A stretch of DNA of 64,000 nt from contig CACMKZ010000002.1 of assembly GCA_902614375.1 (NCBI GenBank), forward strand, positions 14,477 to 78,476, in the 5' to 3' direction. The position numbers and the translations under genes were made by a program. The notes beneath the pieces were generated by a model. The model ran no database searches and was not told the origin of the DNA. It saw nothing but the letters and a program-made list of their open reading frames with translations. Source of the stretch: an uncultured Alphaproteobacteria bacterium (GTDB lineage: Bacteria; Pseudomonadota; Alphaproteobacteria; HIMB59; GCA-002718135). Shown piece by piece: positions 1 through 9,389 of this stretch; within the stretch, counting starts at the first letter, position 1; every line of letters begins with the position of its first letter.

Positions 1-212
1 TACCTTTACTTATAGGGGGATCAACTATTATCGAACAAGTTTACCAATGGCCAGGAATTGGGAGTATGTTTATTCGCTCTGTGCGCGCTTCTGATTATCC
101 TTTAGTTATGACAATTTCACTAATGTATGTTTTTGTTGTTCTTACAGCAAGTTTAATAATAGATGTTTTAACAGCGTTAATTGACCCAAGAGTTAGGTTA
201 GGAAAAGAATAA
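1..212 (+). CDS. ABC transporter permease, DppB/OppB type (3' fragment; start upstream of window)
   Basis: Frame open from window edge (codons from nt 3) to TAA 210-212. Translation PLLIGGSTIIEQVYQWPGIGSMFIRSVRASDYPLVMTISLMYVFVVLTASLIIDVLTALIDPRVRLGKE is the conserved C-terminus of peptide/nickel-family permeases. Stop overlaps next start (TAATG). Confidence 0.85.
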   Translation, partial: PLLIGGSTIIEQVYQWPGIGSMFIRSVRASDYPLVMTISLMYVFVVLTASLIIDVLTALIDPRVRLGKE

Positions 213-1126
213 TGGCAAAATCTTCACTAGATAAGAAATTTGATCAAATAAGAAAACGTGAAGAGGAAAAAACTTTTTCTACAAAAAAAAGAAGTAGAAT
301 AGTTAATAAATTTTTAAATAACCGTTTAGCGGTTTTAGGTTTAATCATTTTTACAATAATTATTTTAGCTTCTATTTTTGCTCCTCTTCTCTCACCATAT
401 GATCCAATGCGAGTAGATTTACGTTCTATGAGACAACCGCCATCGTTTGATCATTGGTTTGGAACAGATAGTACAGGACGAGATGTGTTTACAAGGGTCT
501 TATTTGGAGGCAGAGTTTCAATATTTATCGGTTTAGGAAGTGCTATTCTATCAGCTGTTGTGGGAATAGCGGTTGGTTGTTACGCAGGATATAAAGGTGG
601 TTGGATTGATGTTATTGCTCTTAGAATTTCTGAAATATTTATGTCTTTCCCTCAAATTATTTTAGTTTTATTACTCGTATCCATCACAGGTCAAAGTTTA
701 TTTAATTTAATGGCTATATTTATCCTTACAGGTTGGGGAGGTATGTACAGGCTTGCTCGAGCTAGAATGTTGTCTTTAAGAGAGGAAGAATATGTTCAAG
801 CACTAAGAAGTTTTGGCTTATCTACATTTACGATATGCTACAAACATATGTTGCCGAATGCATTAAGTCCCATAATGGTCAATATTACTCTATCAACGGC
901 AATGTTTATTTTAACAGAAGCAGGACTAAGTTTTCTAGGTTTAGGGGTACCGTTAAATATTCCTACATGGGGAAATATTTTAAATGTTGCACAAGATATT
1001 TTAATTTTACAAAACTATTGGTGGATGTGGGGACCAGTTGGAATTGTTATTTCAGTTTTTGTTCTTTGTGTTAATTTTATAGGAGATGGTCTACGAGATT
1101 CAACAGATCCATCACAGCAAGGTTAG
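212..1126 (+). CDS. ABC transporter permease, DppC/OppC type
   Basis: 304 aa with multiple hydrophobic spans. OppC-type N-terminal segment (NRLAVLGLIIFTIIILASIFAPLLSPYDP) and typical C-terminal ...NFIGDGLRD. Translationally coupled to flanking transporter genes. Confidence 0.9.
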   Translation: MAKSSLDKKFDQIRKREEEKTFSTKKRSRIVNKFLNNRLAVLGLIIFTIIILASIFAPLLSPYDPMRVDLRSMRQPPSFDHWFGTDSTGRDVFTRVLFGGRVSIFIGLGSAILSAVVGIAVGCYAGYKGGWIDVIALRISEIFMSFPQIILVLLLVSITGQSLFNLMAIFILTGWGGMYRLARARMLSLREEEYVQALRSFGLSTFTICYKHMLPNALSPIMVNITLSTAMFILTEAGLSFLGLGVPLNIPTWGNILNVAQDILILQNYWWMWGPVGIVISVFVLCVNFIGDGLRDSTDPSQQG

Positions 1127-1128
1127 TA

Positions 1129-2142
1129 ATGGAAGATAAAAATAATATAGCGCTTTCAGTTAGAGATCTTAAAACTTTTTTTTATACGAATAATCGATGC
1201 AACAAAGCGGTTAATGGAGTTTCCTTTGATGTTGAAAAAGGTAAAACACTTTGTATCGTTGGTGAAAGTGGTTGTGGTAAAAGTGTTACCGCAGCTACAA
1301 TTATGCAATTACTTCCAACACTATCAAGAATTGAAGAGGGTGAAATTAAATTTCAAAAAGATGATAAAATTATCAATATTGAAAAATTAGAAAAAAATGG
1401 AAAAGAAATGAGGGAGATTAGAGGCTCAGATATTGCAATGATATTCCAAGATCCAATGACAGCACTTAATCCTGTGTACACAGTCGGATTTCAAATAAGT
1501 GAAAATCTTAAGTATCATACTAATCTCAATAAAAAAGAAATAAGGGAAAAGTGTATTTCTCTTCTCAATGACATGGGCATACCACTTCCAGAAAAAAGAG
1601 TTGATGAATATCCTCACAGTTATTCTGGTGGGATGAGGCAAAGAGCAATGATAGCAATGGCCATGGCTTGTAATCCAAAAATATTAATTGCGGATGAGCC
1701 AACAACAGCTCTAGATGTTACAATTCAAGCACAAATATTTGAGCTAATGGATAAATTAAAAAAAGAAAATGATACGGCTATTATTCTTATAACGCATGAT
1801 ATGGGAGTTGTAGCAGAGTTAGCTGATAATGTTGCAGTCATGTATATGGGAAACATTGTTGAAGCTGGAACAGCAGACGATGTTTTAAGACGACCAACAC
1901 ACCCCTATACTAAAGCTCTATTGGAGTCAGTACCTGTACTTGGAAGAGGGAAGAATCAAGATATTAATCCTATTAAAGGATCAACACCTGATCCCTATAA
2001 CAGACCTATTGGTTGTCAATTTGCTCCAAGGTGCAATTGGCAAACAGAAAGTTGTGACGTGATGCCAGAAATCACACAAATAAATGAAACTCACCAAGTA
2101 AGATGTCACAAGTACGAACAATTTTTTGAGAAATATAAATGA
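1129..2142 (+). CDS. ABC transporter ATP-binding protein, DppD/OppD type
   Basis: 337 aa. Walker A GESGCGKS, signature YSGGMRQR, Walker B ILIADEPTTALD, and the oligopeptide/dipeptide-type Cys-rich C-terminal tail (GCQFAPRC...C...C). Confidence 0.92.
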   Translation: MEDKNNIALSVRDLKTFFYTNNRCNKAVNGVSFDVEKGKTLCIVGESGCGKSVTAATIMQLLPTLSRIEEGEIKFQKDDKIINIEKLEKNGKEMREIRGSDIAMIFQDPMTALNPVYTVGFQISENLKYHTNLNKKEIREKCISLLNDMGIPLPEKRVDEYPHSYSGGMRQRAMIAMAMACNPKILIADEPTTALDVTIQAQIFELMDKLKKENDTAIILITHDMGVVAELADNVAVMYMGNIVEAGTADDVLRRPTHPYTKALLESVPVLGRGKNQDINPIKGSTPDPYNRPIGCQFAPRCNWQTESCDVMPEITQINETHQVRCHKYEQFFEKYK

Positions 2143-3146
2143 AAAAAGAGATACTTAAATTACGCGGTGTAAAAGTACATTTTCCAGTACAAGCAGGTGT
2201 GTTTAATCGTGTTGTAGGACATGTTTTGGCTGTTGATGGTGTGGATTTAGATATTTTTAGAGGTGAAGTTTTAGGTCTAGCTGGAGAAAGTGGTTGTGGA
2301 AAGACAACTCTTGGTAAAGCCATCCTAAGATTGGTAGAACCTACAGATGGAGAAGTAAAATATATTTCAAAAGATGATAATGAGACAGAATTAACATCTT
2401 TAGAAAAAAAAGATATGGATCCATTTCGAAAGAAGTTACAAATAGTCTTTCAAGATCCGCACTCCTCTCTTAATCCTTCGTTTACAATTTTTGGCTCGCT
2501 TCAAGATCCATTAAAAAAATTTGGTATAAAATCAAAAGAGGAAAGAAGAAAAATTATTGGTGATCTCCTAGAAGCAGTAAATATGCGCAGAGAATATATG
2601 GATAGATATCCTCACGAATTTTCAGGAGGACAAAGACAAAGAATTGGTATTGTCAGAGCTTTATGTCTTGAGCCGGAACTTATAGTTTGTGATGAAGCGG
2701 TTAGTGCTCTTGATGTATCAATTCAAGCACAAGTACTAAAATTATTAATGCAACTTAAGAAAGAAAAAAATCTAACCTACCTTTTCATTACTCATGATTT
2801 GAGTGTAACAGAATATCTATGTGATCGAATTGCTGTTATGTATCTTGGGAGAATTGTTGAACTTTGTGATTCTGAAGATCTATATAATAATACTCTTCAC
2901 CCCTACTCTGAAGCTTTGATTTCAGCTATCCCAGTTGCAGATCTTGACAAACAAACGAAAAGAATTGTTTTGGAAGGAGATGTACCAAGTCCAGTTAATC
3001 CACCTAAAGGCTGTCCTTTTCATCCTCGGTGTCCTAAAGCAACTGACATTTGTAAAACTGAGGTACCAACATTAAAAAAATATTCAACAAATGGTAATGA
3101 ACACTATGCATCTTGCCACTTAATTGATTTACCCGAAATTAGCTAA
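2139..3146 (+). CDS. ABC transporter ATP-binding protein, DppF/OppF type
   Basis: 335 aa. GESGCGKTT, FSGGQRQR, LIVCDEAVSALD, C-terminal GCPFHPRCP tail. 4-nt overlap with upstream ATPase gene. Confidence 0.92.
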   Translation: MKKEILKLRGVKVHFPVQAGVFNRVVGHVLAVDGVDLDIFRGEVLGLAGESGCGKTTLGKAILRLVEPTDGEVKYISKDDNETELTSLEKKDMDPFRKKLQIVFQDPHSSLNPSFTIFGSLQDPLKKFGIKSKEERRKIIGDLLEAVNMRREYMDRYPHEFSGGQRQRIGIVRALCLEPELIVCDEAVSALDVSIQAQVLKLLMQLKKEKNLTYLFITHDLSVTEYLCDRIAVMYLGRIVELCDSEDLYNNTLHPYSEALISAIPVADLDKQTKRIVLEGDVPSPVNPPKGCPFHPRCPKATDICKTEVPTLKKYSTNGNEHYASCHLIDLPEIS

Positions 3147-4076
3147 ATGTCTAAATATGATCCAAAAGATCTAAATGGTGTTATGCCTGCTATGATCACA
3201 TCGATTAATAAAGATGAAACTATAAACAAGGAAGGTTTAAGAAAAATTATCAATCATTTAATAGCCGAAAATATTAATGGCTTGTACGTAACTGGTAGTA
3301 CAGGTGAAACTTTTTTAATGTCACCAGAAGAAAAAAAAGAAGTGCTTGATATTATTGTTGAAGAAGTAAATGGCAGAGTTCCTGTTATTGCGCATGTTGG
3401 ATCTATTGGAACTAAAATTACAACTGATCTAGCAAAATATGCCACTCATGCTGGAGTCGACGCATTATCAGCATTGCCACCTTTTTATTACAATTTTTCT
3501 AATGAAGAGATTTATAATTATTATAGTGACATAGCTCAATCCTCACATTTGCCAATTATTATATATAATATTAGTCACGCAAATTTGCTGGACATTGATA
3601 TGTTAAAAAGATTGGCCGCTATAGATAATATTAAAGGAGTTAAATATACGGCAGCAACTCATTTTAATTTTGAGAAGATAAAAAAGGAGATTGGAGCATA
3701 TTTTAAAATTTATTCTGGTATGGATGAAATGGCTATCTCTGGTCTGATATCAGGTGCTGATGGTATGATTGGATCGTTTTATAATTTAATGCCAGAAATG
3801 TTTGTAGGAATTTTTCAAAATATGAAAAATGGTAATGTTGTTGAGGCAAAAAAATTACAAGACAAAGTCAATATGATCATTTTGTATGCTTTAAAAAAAT
3901 CAGGTTATCCATTTATTAAAATGGGATTAAGTTGGATGGGAATTGATTCAGGGTATGTAAGGAAGCCTTTTTCAAGTATTGTCAATACAGAGATAGAAAA
4001 GGGAATAAAAGATGATTTAAAAAAATTAATGTCGGAAAATGATCTTTCAGAAATAAAATTTTTAAAAGCATTATAA
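3147..4076 (+). CDS. nanA: N-acetylneuraminate lyase (DHDPS/NanA family class I aldolase)
   Basis: 309 aa, collinear by eye with E. coli NanA along its whole length. Shared blocks: GVMPAM.T, GLYVTGSTGE, IAHVG, ALPPFYY.FS.EE, IIIYNI, Schiff-base Lys context GVKYT, GADGMIGS.YN. Starts 1 nt after the ATPase stop. Confidence 0.85.
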   Translation: MSKYDPKDLNGVMPAMITSINKDETINKEGLRKIINHLIAENINGLYVTGSTGETFLMSPEEKKEVLDIIVEEVNGRVPVIAHVGSIGTKITTDLAKYATHAGVDALSALPPFYYNFSNEEIYNYYSDIAQSSHLPIIIYNISHANLLDIDMLKRLAAIDNIKGVKYTAATHFNFEKIKKEIGAYFKIYSGMDEMAISGLISGADGMIGSFYNLMPEMFVGIFQNMKNGNVVEAKKLQDKVNMIILYALKKSGYPFIKMGLSWMGIDSGYVRKPFSSIVNTEIEKGIKDDLKKLMSENDLSEIKFLKAL

Positions 4077-4084
4077 TTAACTTT

Positions 4085-4759
4085 GTGAAAAAAAATATTT
4101 TAAAAAAATTAAAAAATAAAATCATTGTATCATGTCAGCCTAATGAGGGTGGGCCTCAAGACAAGACGTCTATTGTTGTTTCAATGGCAGAAGCTGCAAT
4201 TATAGGAGGTTGTGGTGGTGTGCGAATTGAAGGAGAAAAAAATATACGAGCAGTCAAAAAAAATATTTCTTTACCAATAATTGGCATAATAAAAAATGAC
4301 TTAGATAACTTTAAAGTTAGAATTACGCCTCTCTTAAAGGATGTCGATAAAATTATTAATAGTGGTGCAGATATAATAGCATATGATGCCACAAATAGGA
4401 AAAGGCCTTTTCCAACAAAAGAAATTATTTTAAAAATTAAAAAAGCAAATCGTTTAGCTATGGCAGATTGCTCAAATTTAGATGATGCTAAAAAAGCTAT
4501 TTTAGAGGGTGCGGATATTATTGGAACAACACTTGCTGGCTATGTTGGTAAACAAGTGAAAGATACGGATAAACCAAATATAAAATTAATTAAAGAATTT
4601 AAAAAACTTAATTGCTTTGTAATGGCTGAAGGTCGTTACAACACTCCAGAGCTTGCAAAGCAAGCTGTACAAGCAGGAGCAGATGCAGTTACAATTGGAA
4701 GTGCTATTACGCGTATTGATAATATTACGAGTTGGTTTGTAAAAAAAATTAAAAATTAA
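4085..4759 (+). CDS. nanE: N-acetylmannosamine-6-phosphate 2-epimerase
   Basis: 224 aa, GTG start. Blocks IVSCQP, GVRIEG, LPIIGIIK.D, RITP, GADIIAYDAT.R.RP, LAMADCS, GADIIGTTLAGY, MAEGRYNTPE and AVTIGSAITR match E. coli NanE order and spacing. Confidence 0.9.
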   Translation: MKKNILKKLKNKIIVSCQPNEGGPQDKTSIVVSMAEAAIIGGCGGVRIEGEKNIRAVKKNISLPIIGIIKNDLDNFKVRITPLLKDVDKIINSGADIIAYDATNRKRPFPTKEIILKIKKANRLAMADCSNLDDAKKAILEGADIIGTTLAGYVGKQVKDTDKPNIKLIKEFKKLNCFVMAEGRYNTPELAKQAVQAGADAVTIGSAITRIDNITSWFVKKIKN

Positions 4760-4760
4760 A

Positions 4761-5642
4761 ATGAATAAAAAAATATTTAACAAATCAGGTATCGCAATTG
4801 ATTTTGGAGCAACTAAGATATCAGTATCTCAAATAATTAAAGGAAAGTTTAAAAAAACTATTACTGAGCCAACTTCAATACATAAAATAGCAAATAATTA
4901 CATTCAACAAATTGAAAAAAATATTAAAAACTTAAATATATCTAAATCTAAAAAAATAGGCATTGCTATTACAGGAAGGGTTGACCAATACGGAAATTGG
5001 TACCCAGTAAATAAAGAAAATTTAGGAAATTTCAAAATACCCCTTAAAAAACTTATAGAAAAAAAATTTAATACAGCTTCTACAATAATAAATGATGCAA
5101 CAGCTGCAGCTTTGGGAGAAGCAAATTATGGAAAAGGTTTTAAATACAAACGTGTGGGATATATTACAATTTCAAGTGGTATAGGAGTTGGTGTAATTTT
5201 AAACAATAAACCTCTTCTCTCAGAAAATGGATTAGCAGGACATTTAGGATTTACAACTTCAACGTTAGCAAAAACAAAATGTGGGAGTGGTAGAATTGGA
5301 ACTTTTGAAAGTATCGCTTCTGGTAAAGCAATGAGTAAAATTGCTAAACAAAAAGGTCATAAAAATATTAGTGCTAAAGAAATTTTTAAGCTTAGTTTTC
5401 AAAATAAAAAATGGGCAAAAGAAATAATCGATCTATCTGCCAAATCTGTCTCAGAACTGTGTGCAAATTTGAAAGCTATATTTGATATAGACATAATTAT
5501 TCTTGGTGGAAGTATTGGAATGGCACAAGGATATGTAGAGCTCGTAAAAAAAAATTTGAAAAAAGAACCTAAATTGTTTCACATAAAAGTAGTAAAGTCA
5601 TCTCTTGGAGTAAAAGCATCAAAAATGGGTGTTTTGCTATAA
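4761..5642 (+). CDS. nanK: ROK-family sugar kinase, N-acetylmannosamine kinase-like
   Basis: 293 aa. IAIDFGATKI, INDATAAALGE, GIGVGVI and GLAGHLGF are collinear with E. coli NanK. The ROK zinc motif is degenerate (CGSGRIGT instead of CxCGxxGC). Position after nanA-nanE supports the call. Confidence 0.75.
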   Translation: MNKKIFNKSGIAIDFGATKISVSQIIKGKFKKTITEPTSIHKIANNYIQQIEKNIKNLNISKSKKIGIAITGRVDQYGNWYPVNKENLGNFKIPLKKLIEKKFNTASTIINDATAAALGEANYGKGFKYKRVGYITISSGIGVGVILNNKPLLSENGLAGHLGFTTSTLAKTKCGSGRIGTFESIASGKAMSKIAKQKGHKNISAKEIFKLSFQNKKWAKEIIDLSAKSVSELCANLKAIFDIDIIILGGSIGMAQGYVELVKKNLKKEPKLFHIKVVKSSLGVKASKMGVLL

Positions 5643-5692
5643 ACACAAGAAACTGATTGTGCTTTTAATGAAAATTGCATAGGTTAATTAAA

Positions 5693-6994
5693 ATGGGAAA
5701 AGGACAAAAATTATATTCAAAAGCAAAGCAAATTGTTGCTGGTGGAAATATGCTTTTATCAAAAAGACCTGAAATGTTTTTACCTGAACATTGGCCTGCT
5801 TATTTTACTAAAACAAGAGGTTGTGAAGTATGGGATCTCGATGGAAATAAATACATAGATACCTTGATGATGCCAGGAACTAATTCACTTGGCTATAGTC
5901 ATCCAGAAGTCGATGAAGCTGTCAAAGAAATAGTTGGGAATGGAAATATGTCTTCCCTAAATGCCCCGGAAGAAGTTGAGCTCACGGAAAGATTAGTTGA
6001 ACTACATCCATGGGCTGATATGGCAAGATTTGCAAGATCAGGAGGTGAAGCTAATTCAGTCGCTATTCGTCTTTCAAGAGCTGCGTCCGGAAGAGATAAT
6101 GTAGCATTTTGTGGATATCATGGCTGGCACGACTGGTACTTAGCTTCAAATTTATCTGACTCAAAAGGGTTAGATGGTCACCTTCTACCAGGTTTAGATC
6201 CTCATGGTGTACCACAAAATCTCAAAGGAAGTGTATATCCATTTGAATATAATAATTTTGATAAACTAGAAAACTTAGTCAAAACTAAAAACATAGGCGT
6301 TATCAAAATGGAAGTTTACCGAAACAAAGAACCAGAAAATAATTTTTTACAAAGAGTTAGAAAATTAGCAAACGATAATAATATTGTTTTAGTATTTGAT
6401 GAATGTACATCAGGATTTAGAAAAAATTATGGTGGCTTGCATATGCTTTATGATGTTGAGCCTGACGTTGCAATGTTTGGAAAAGCTCTTGGAAATGGAT
6501 ATGCTGTAACTGCAGTCCTTGGTAAAAGAGAGGTAATGCAAGCAGCAGAAAAATCTTTTATAAGCAGCACCTTTTGGACTGAACGAATTGGATCTAGTGC
6601 TGGTCTTGCGACACTAAAAGTTATGGATAAAGAAAAATCATGGGAAAAAATTACAAAAATTGGTGAATACGTTAATAGTGAGTGGATGAAGTTATCTAAA
6701 GAATTTGATCTTCCAATTACTATTAGTGGATTAGCGGCACTGACAACATTTTCATTTAAAAGTGAAAATGCATTGGCCTATAAAACATTTATTACTCAAG
6801 AAATGCTTAAAAAAGGTTATCTTGCTGCAACTGCAGTCTATGTTTGTACTGCACACACAAAAGACATCATTGATGGTTACATTGAAAATATACGCCCTAT
6901 TTTTCAAACGATAAAAGAGTGTGAGGATGGAAGAAATATTATGGATTTATTAGAAGGCCCTATTGCACATAATGGTTTTAAACGATTAAACTAA
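5693..6994 (+). CDS. Class III (fold type I) PLP aminotransferase, glutamate-1-semialdehyde-aminomutase-like
   Basis: ORF opens at TTG 5675, but the first ATG at 5693 (MGKGQKLY...) is preferred. Motifs DECTSGFR and PLP-Lys context MFGKALGNG. Length about 430 aa. Confidence 0.8.
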   Translation: MGKGQKLYSKAKQIVAGGNMLLSKRPEMFLPEHWPAYFTKTRGCEVWDLDGNKYIDTLMMPGTNSLGYSHPEVDEAVKEIVGNGNMSSLNAPEEVELTERLVELHPWADMARFARSGGEANSVAIRLSRAASGRDNVAFCGYHGWHDWYLASNLSDSKGLDGHLLPGLDPHGVPQNLKGSVYPFEYNNFDKLENLVKTKNIGVIKMEVYRNKEPENNFLQRVRKLANDNNIVLVFDECTSGFRKNYGGLHMLYDVEPDVAMFGKALGNGYAVTAVLGKREVMQAAEKSFISSTFWTERIGSSAGLATLKVMDKEKSWEKITKIGEYVNSEWMKLSKEFDLPITISGLAALTTFSFKSENALAYKTFITQEMLKKGYLAATAVYVCTAHTKDIIDGYIENIRPIFQTIKECEDGRNIMDLLEGPIAHNGFKRLN

Positions 6995-8478
6995 TCTAAA
7001 GATATAATTTTATTTCCAATTTTTTTAAAAGGCAATCTTTTTAAATTACTTGTGCAAAGACCTTGGCTATCAATATAAAAACTCTGAGATGCAATTGGAT
7101 CATAAGCATCTTTATGAGACACAGCTGCTTTAATTATTATTAATTTTGCATCTCTAGGATTAATACCTTGTGAAGTTAGTTGGCCTAAATCCATTGGTGG
7201 TGTTTTAATTGATGTTAACAATAAGGTTAATTGATCATTTTTTAATACAGCGGAAGGGCCCATATTAATTTTTGTTCCCATCATTGAAGCTAAGTGAGAT
7301 TGTTTATTTTCAAGTTCAAATCTTCCATCAGAAATTCTTTCTAAATTTGCTTTAATAAAAATAGGTTTACCATGAAATACATCAAATTTTGCACCTATAT
7401 GTAGCTGAACTTCATTATTAATATGAGCTTTATGACAAGCATCTGCAGCTTCAGGATCATTAATTATAGCAACGATCCCGTTATGATTAGTTTGTAATAA
7501 TCGATCTAATAAATCAGTAGCATCTCCTGGTGTTCCTCCACCAATATTATCAGCTGGTTCAATTAGTAAAATAGGTTTTTTAATTTCTGTAATATTATCA
7601 ATCACATTTAGAGCCTCATCCAGAGAATTTTCTTTTGGATAACCATCTTTAATTTTTGCTTCTAGTATATTGACCAATTTATCTAGGTAATTTTTTGCAT
7701 CACTAATTTTTCCTCTGGTACAACAATTTATACTAAAACCACAATCTGGAATATCGGCGTATGAATATCCTGCCATAACATTAATGCATATGATCTCTGG
7801 ATCTTTCTTCTCAATTTTTAATGCTTCTTCTAAAATTGTTTTCATTGGATCATTTGCTGTACCGACACCTGTTGGAGGTAAAATATATTTTGTATCCAGA
7901 TGTACTTGTTTTACATTAGGATCTAGAAAAAGGTCGTTTAAAATTGATGCAGCTTTAACTGCTGTTTCTCTAGAATCACTGTGAGGGTTTTTTCTATATG
8001 CATAAACACATGTACTATACTTAATCATATTTTCTGAAACATTGGCGTGTAAATCTAAAACAGCAACAATAGGAATAGATATATTTTCTTTTGATAAAAA
8101 ACTTTGAATATCTCTGAGAAAATCTCCCTCAAAATCATCATGGTTAGTGCTTACCATAGCTCCATGTAAAACTAAGAAAATAGCATCTAGGTTGTGACAA
8201 GAAACTTTTAATTTTTCAAAGAAATTTTTTTTAAAATAGTTTTCTGATTCTTCATCAACAGTACCTGAGGGTCTGGCTGACATTTGAATTCCTGGAATTA
8301 TATTCCAATTTTGACCAGAAGCATATTCTATAAAACCATCTGTTGGAGATCCATTCCCAGTGTTTTCATTAATTATTTCTTCATCATGAAAAATAATAAA
8401 ATCTTTTAAATTAGTTGGTTCACCTAAAAATGTATGGGTTTCATGATATATACCTGAGAGAAAAATATTTTTAGACAT
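6991..8478 (-). CDS. MlrC-like (M81 family) metallopeptidase
   Basis: 495 aa. N-terminal IFLSGIYHETHTF resembles the MlrC/DUF1485 ..G..HETNTF signature, and size fits the two-domain MlrC family. Family recalled from memory, not searched. Confidence 0.7.
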   Translation of the reverse strand: MSKNIFLSGIYHETHTFLGEPTNLKDFIIFHDEEIINENTGNGSPTDGFIEYASGQNWNIIPGIQMSARPSGTVDEESENYFKKNFFEKLKVSCHNLDAIFLVLHGAMVSTNHDDFEGDFLRDIQSFLSKENISIPIVAVLDLHANVSENMIKYSTCVYAYRKNPHSDSRETAVKAASILNDLFLDPNVKQVHLDTKYILPPTGVGTANDPMKTILEEALKIEKKDPEIICINVMAGYSYADIPDCGFSINCCTRGKISDAKNYLDKLVNILEAKIKDGYPKENSLDEALNVIDNITEIKKPILLIEPADNIGGGTPGDATDLLDRLLQTNHNGIVAIINDPEAADACHKAHINNEVQLHIGAKFDVFHGKPIFIKANLERISDGRFELENKQSHLASMMGTKINMGPSAVLKNDQLTLLLTSIKTPPMDLGQLTSQGINPRDAKLIIIKAAVSHKDAYDPIASQSFYIDSQGLCTSNLKRLPFKKIGNKIISLD

Positions 8479-9388
8479 TTAGTATTTCTTCTAATTCATT
8501 ATTTGCATGTATTTTTATTTTTTTTACATCTTCTGCAGTTGCTCCATCATAAGGCCAGAGAACTTTTTCGGAAACTGGTCCCCATCCGCCAACAGAAGCA
8601 AGTAATTTATCTAAACCAGTGTTTGATAATTTATTAGCAAAAGGTAAAATATATTGTTTCATAAAGTTTAGGACTTTAGCTTCTAGTTCTTGTGCTTTTT
8701 CATAATCTTTCTCGATTAAATCCCAAATTTTAACAGCGCCATTTGGACTTAAACATGCAACATTGGAATAAGATCCATTTGCTCCTAAAGGTTTTCCATA
8801 TACAACCGTATGTCCAGGCACAAATACCGAAAAATCATCTAATAATTCTCTTCTTTGTGAGTACCATTGCTCATCACCCCCTGCACATTTAATTCCTACA
8901 AGATTTTGAACAGATTGTTTTAATAATCTAATCTCTTCAAGAGAAAGCAGGACTTTTGCATGAGGAGGATTGTATAAAATCATATAAATATCCTCAACCA
9001 CCTCTTGCATACCTAAAATAAAATTCTTTGACTCATTAAAAGTTGGAGGCCACCAATCTGGTAAGGTAATTTGAAATCCATTTGGTTTTAAACTTACCAT
9101 TCGCTTTGCTCTTTCTTGGCAAACTCTTGGATTAGTATGACTTAAACCAAGTTGAAATTTTTTATTCTTTTTTAATGCAATTGTTGAAACTATTTCCGAT
9201 AATTTATCAAATTCTTGTTCTGTTTGATTATGACATTCTGCAGCTGTACCATTAGTATAGATACCAGAAACTTTGGAGTCACATAAAATATGAATCTGTT
9301 CTTCAAATGCAACCCAGTCAATTTGATCATTATTAATTGGCAAAAGAATAGTTCCCCAAATTCCATTTGGTTTCTCTAGTGTTTTCAT
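8471..9388 (-). CDS. DapA/DHDPS-family class I aldolase-like protein
   Basis: 305 aa. GIYTNGTAAE (cf. G.TGE block) and candidate Schiff-base Lys in VGIKCAGG. More divergent than nanA. 8-nt overlap with the MlrC-like gene. Confidence 0.6.
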   Translation of the reverse strand: MKTLEKPNGIWGTILLPINNDQIDWVAFEEQIHILCDSKVSGIYTNGTAAECHNQTEQEFDKLSEIVSTIALKKNKKFQLGLSHTNPRVCQERAKRMVSLKPNGFQITLPDWWPPTFNESKNFILGMQEVVEDIYMILYNPPHAKVLLSLEEIRLLKQSVQNLVGIKCAGGDEQWYSQRRELLDDFSVFVPGHTVVYGKPLGANGSYSNVACLSPNGAVKIWDLIEKDYEKAQELEAKVLNFMKQYILPFANKLSNTGLDKLLASVGGWGPVSEKVLWPYDGATAEDVKKIKIHANNELEEILNV

Positions 9389-9389
9389 T

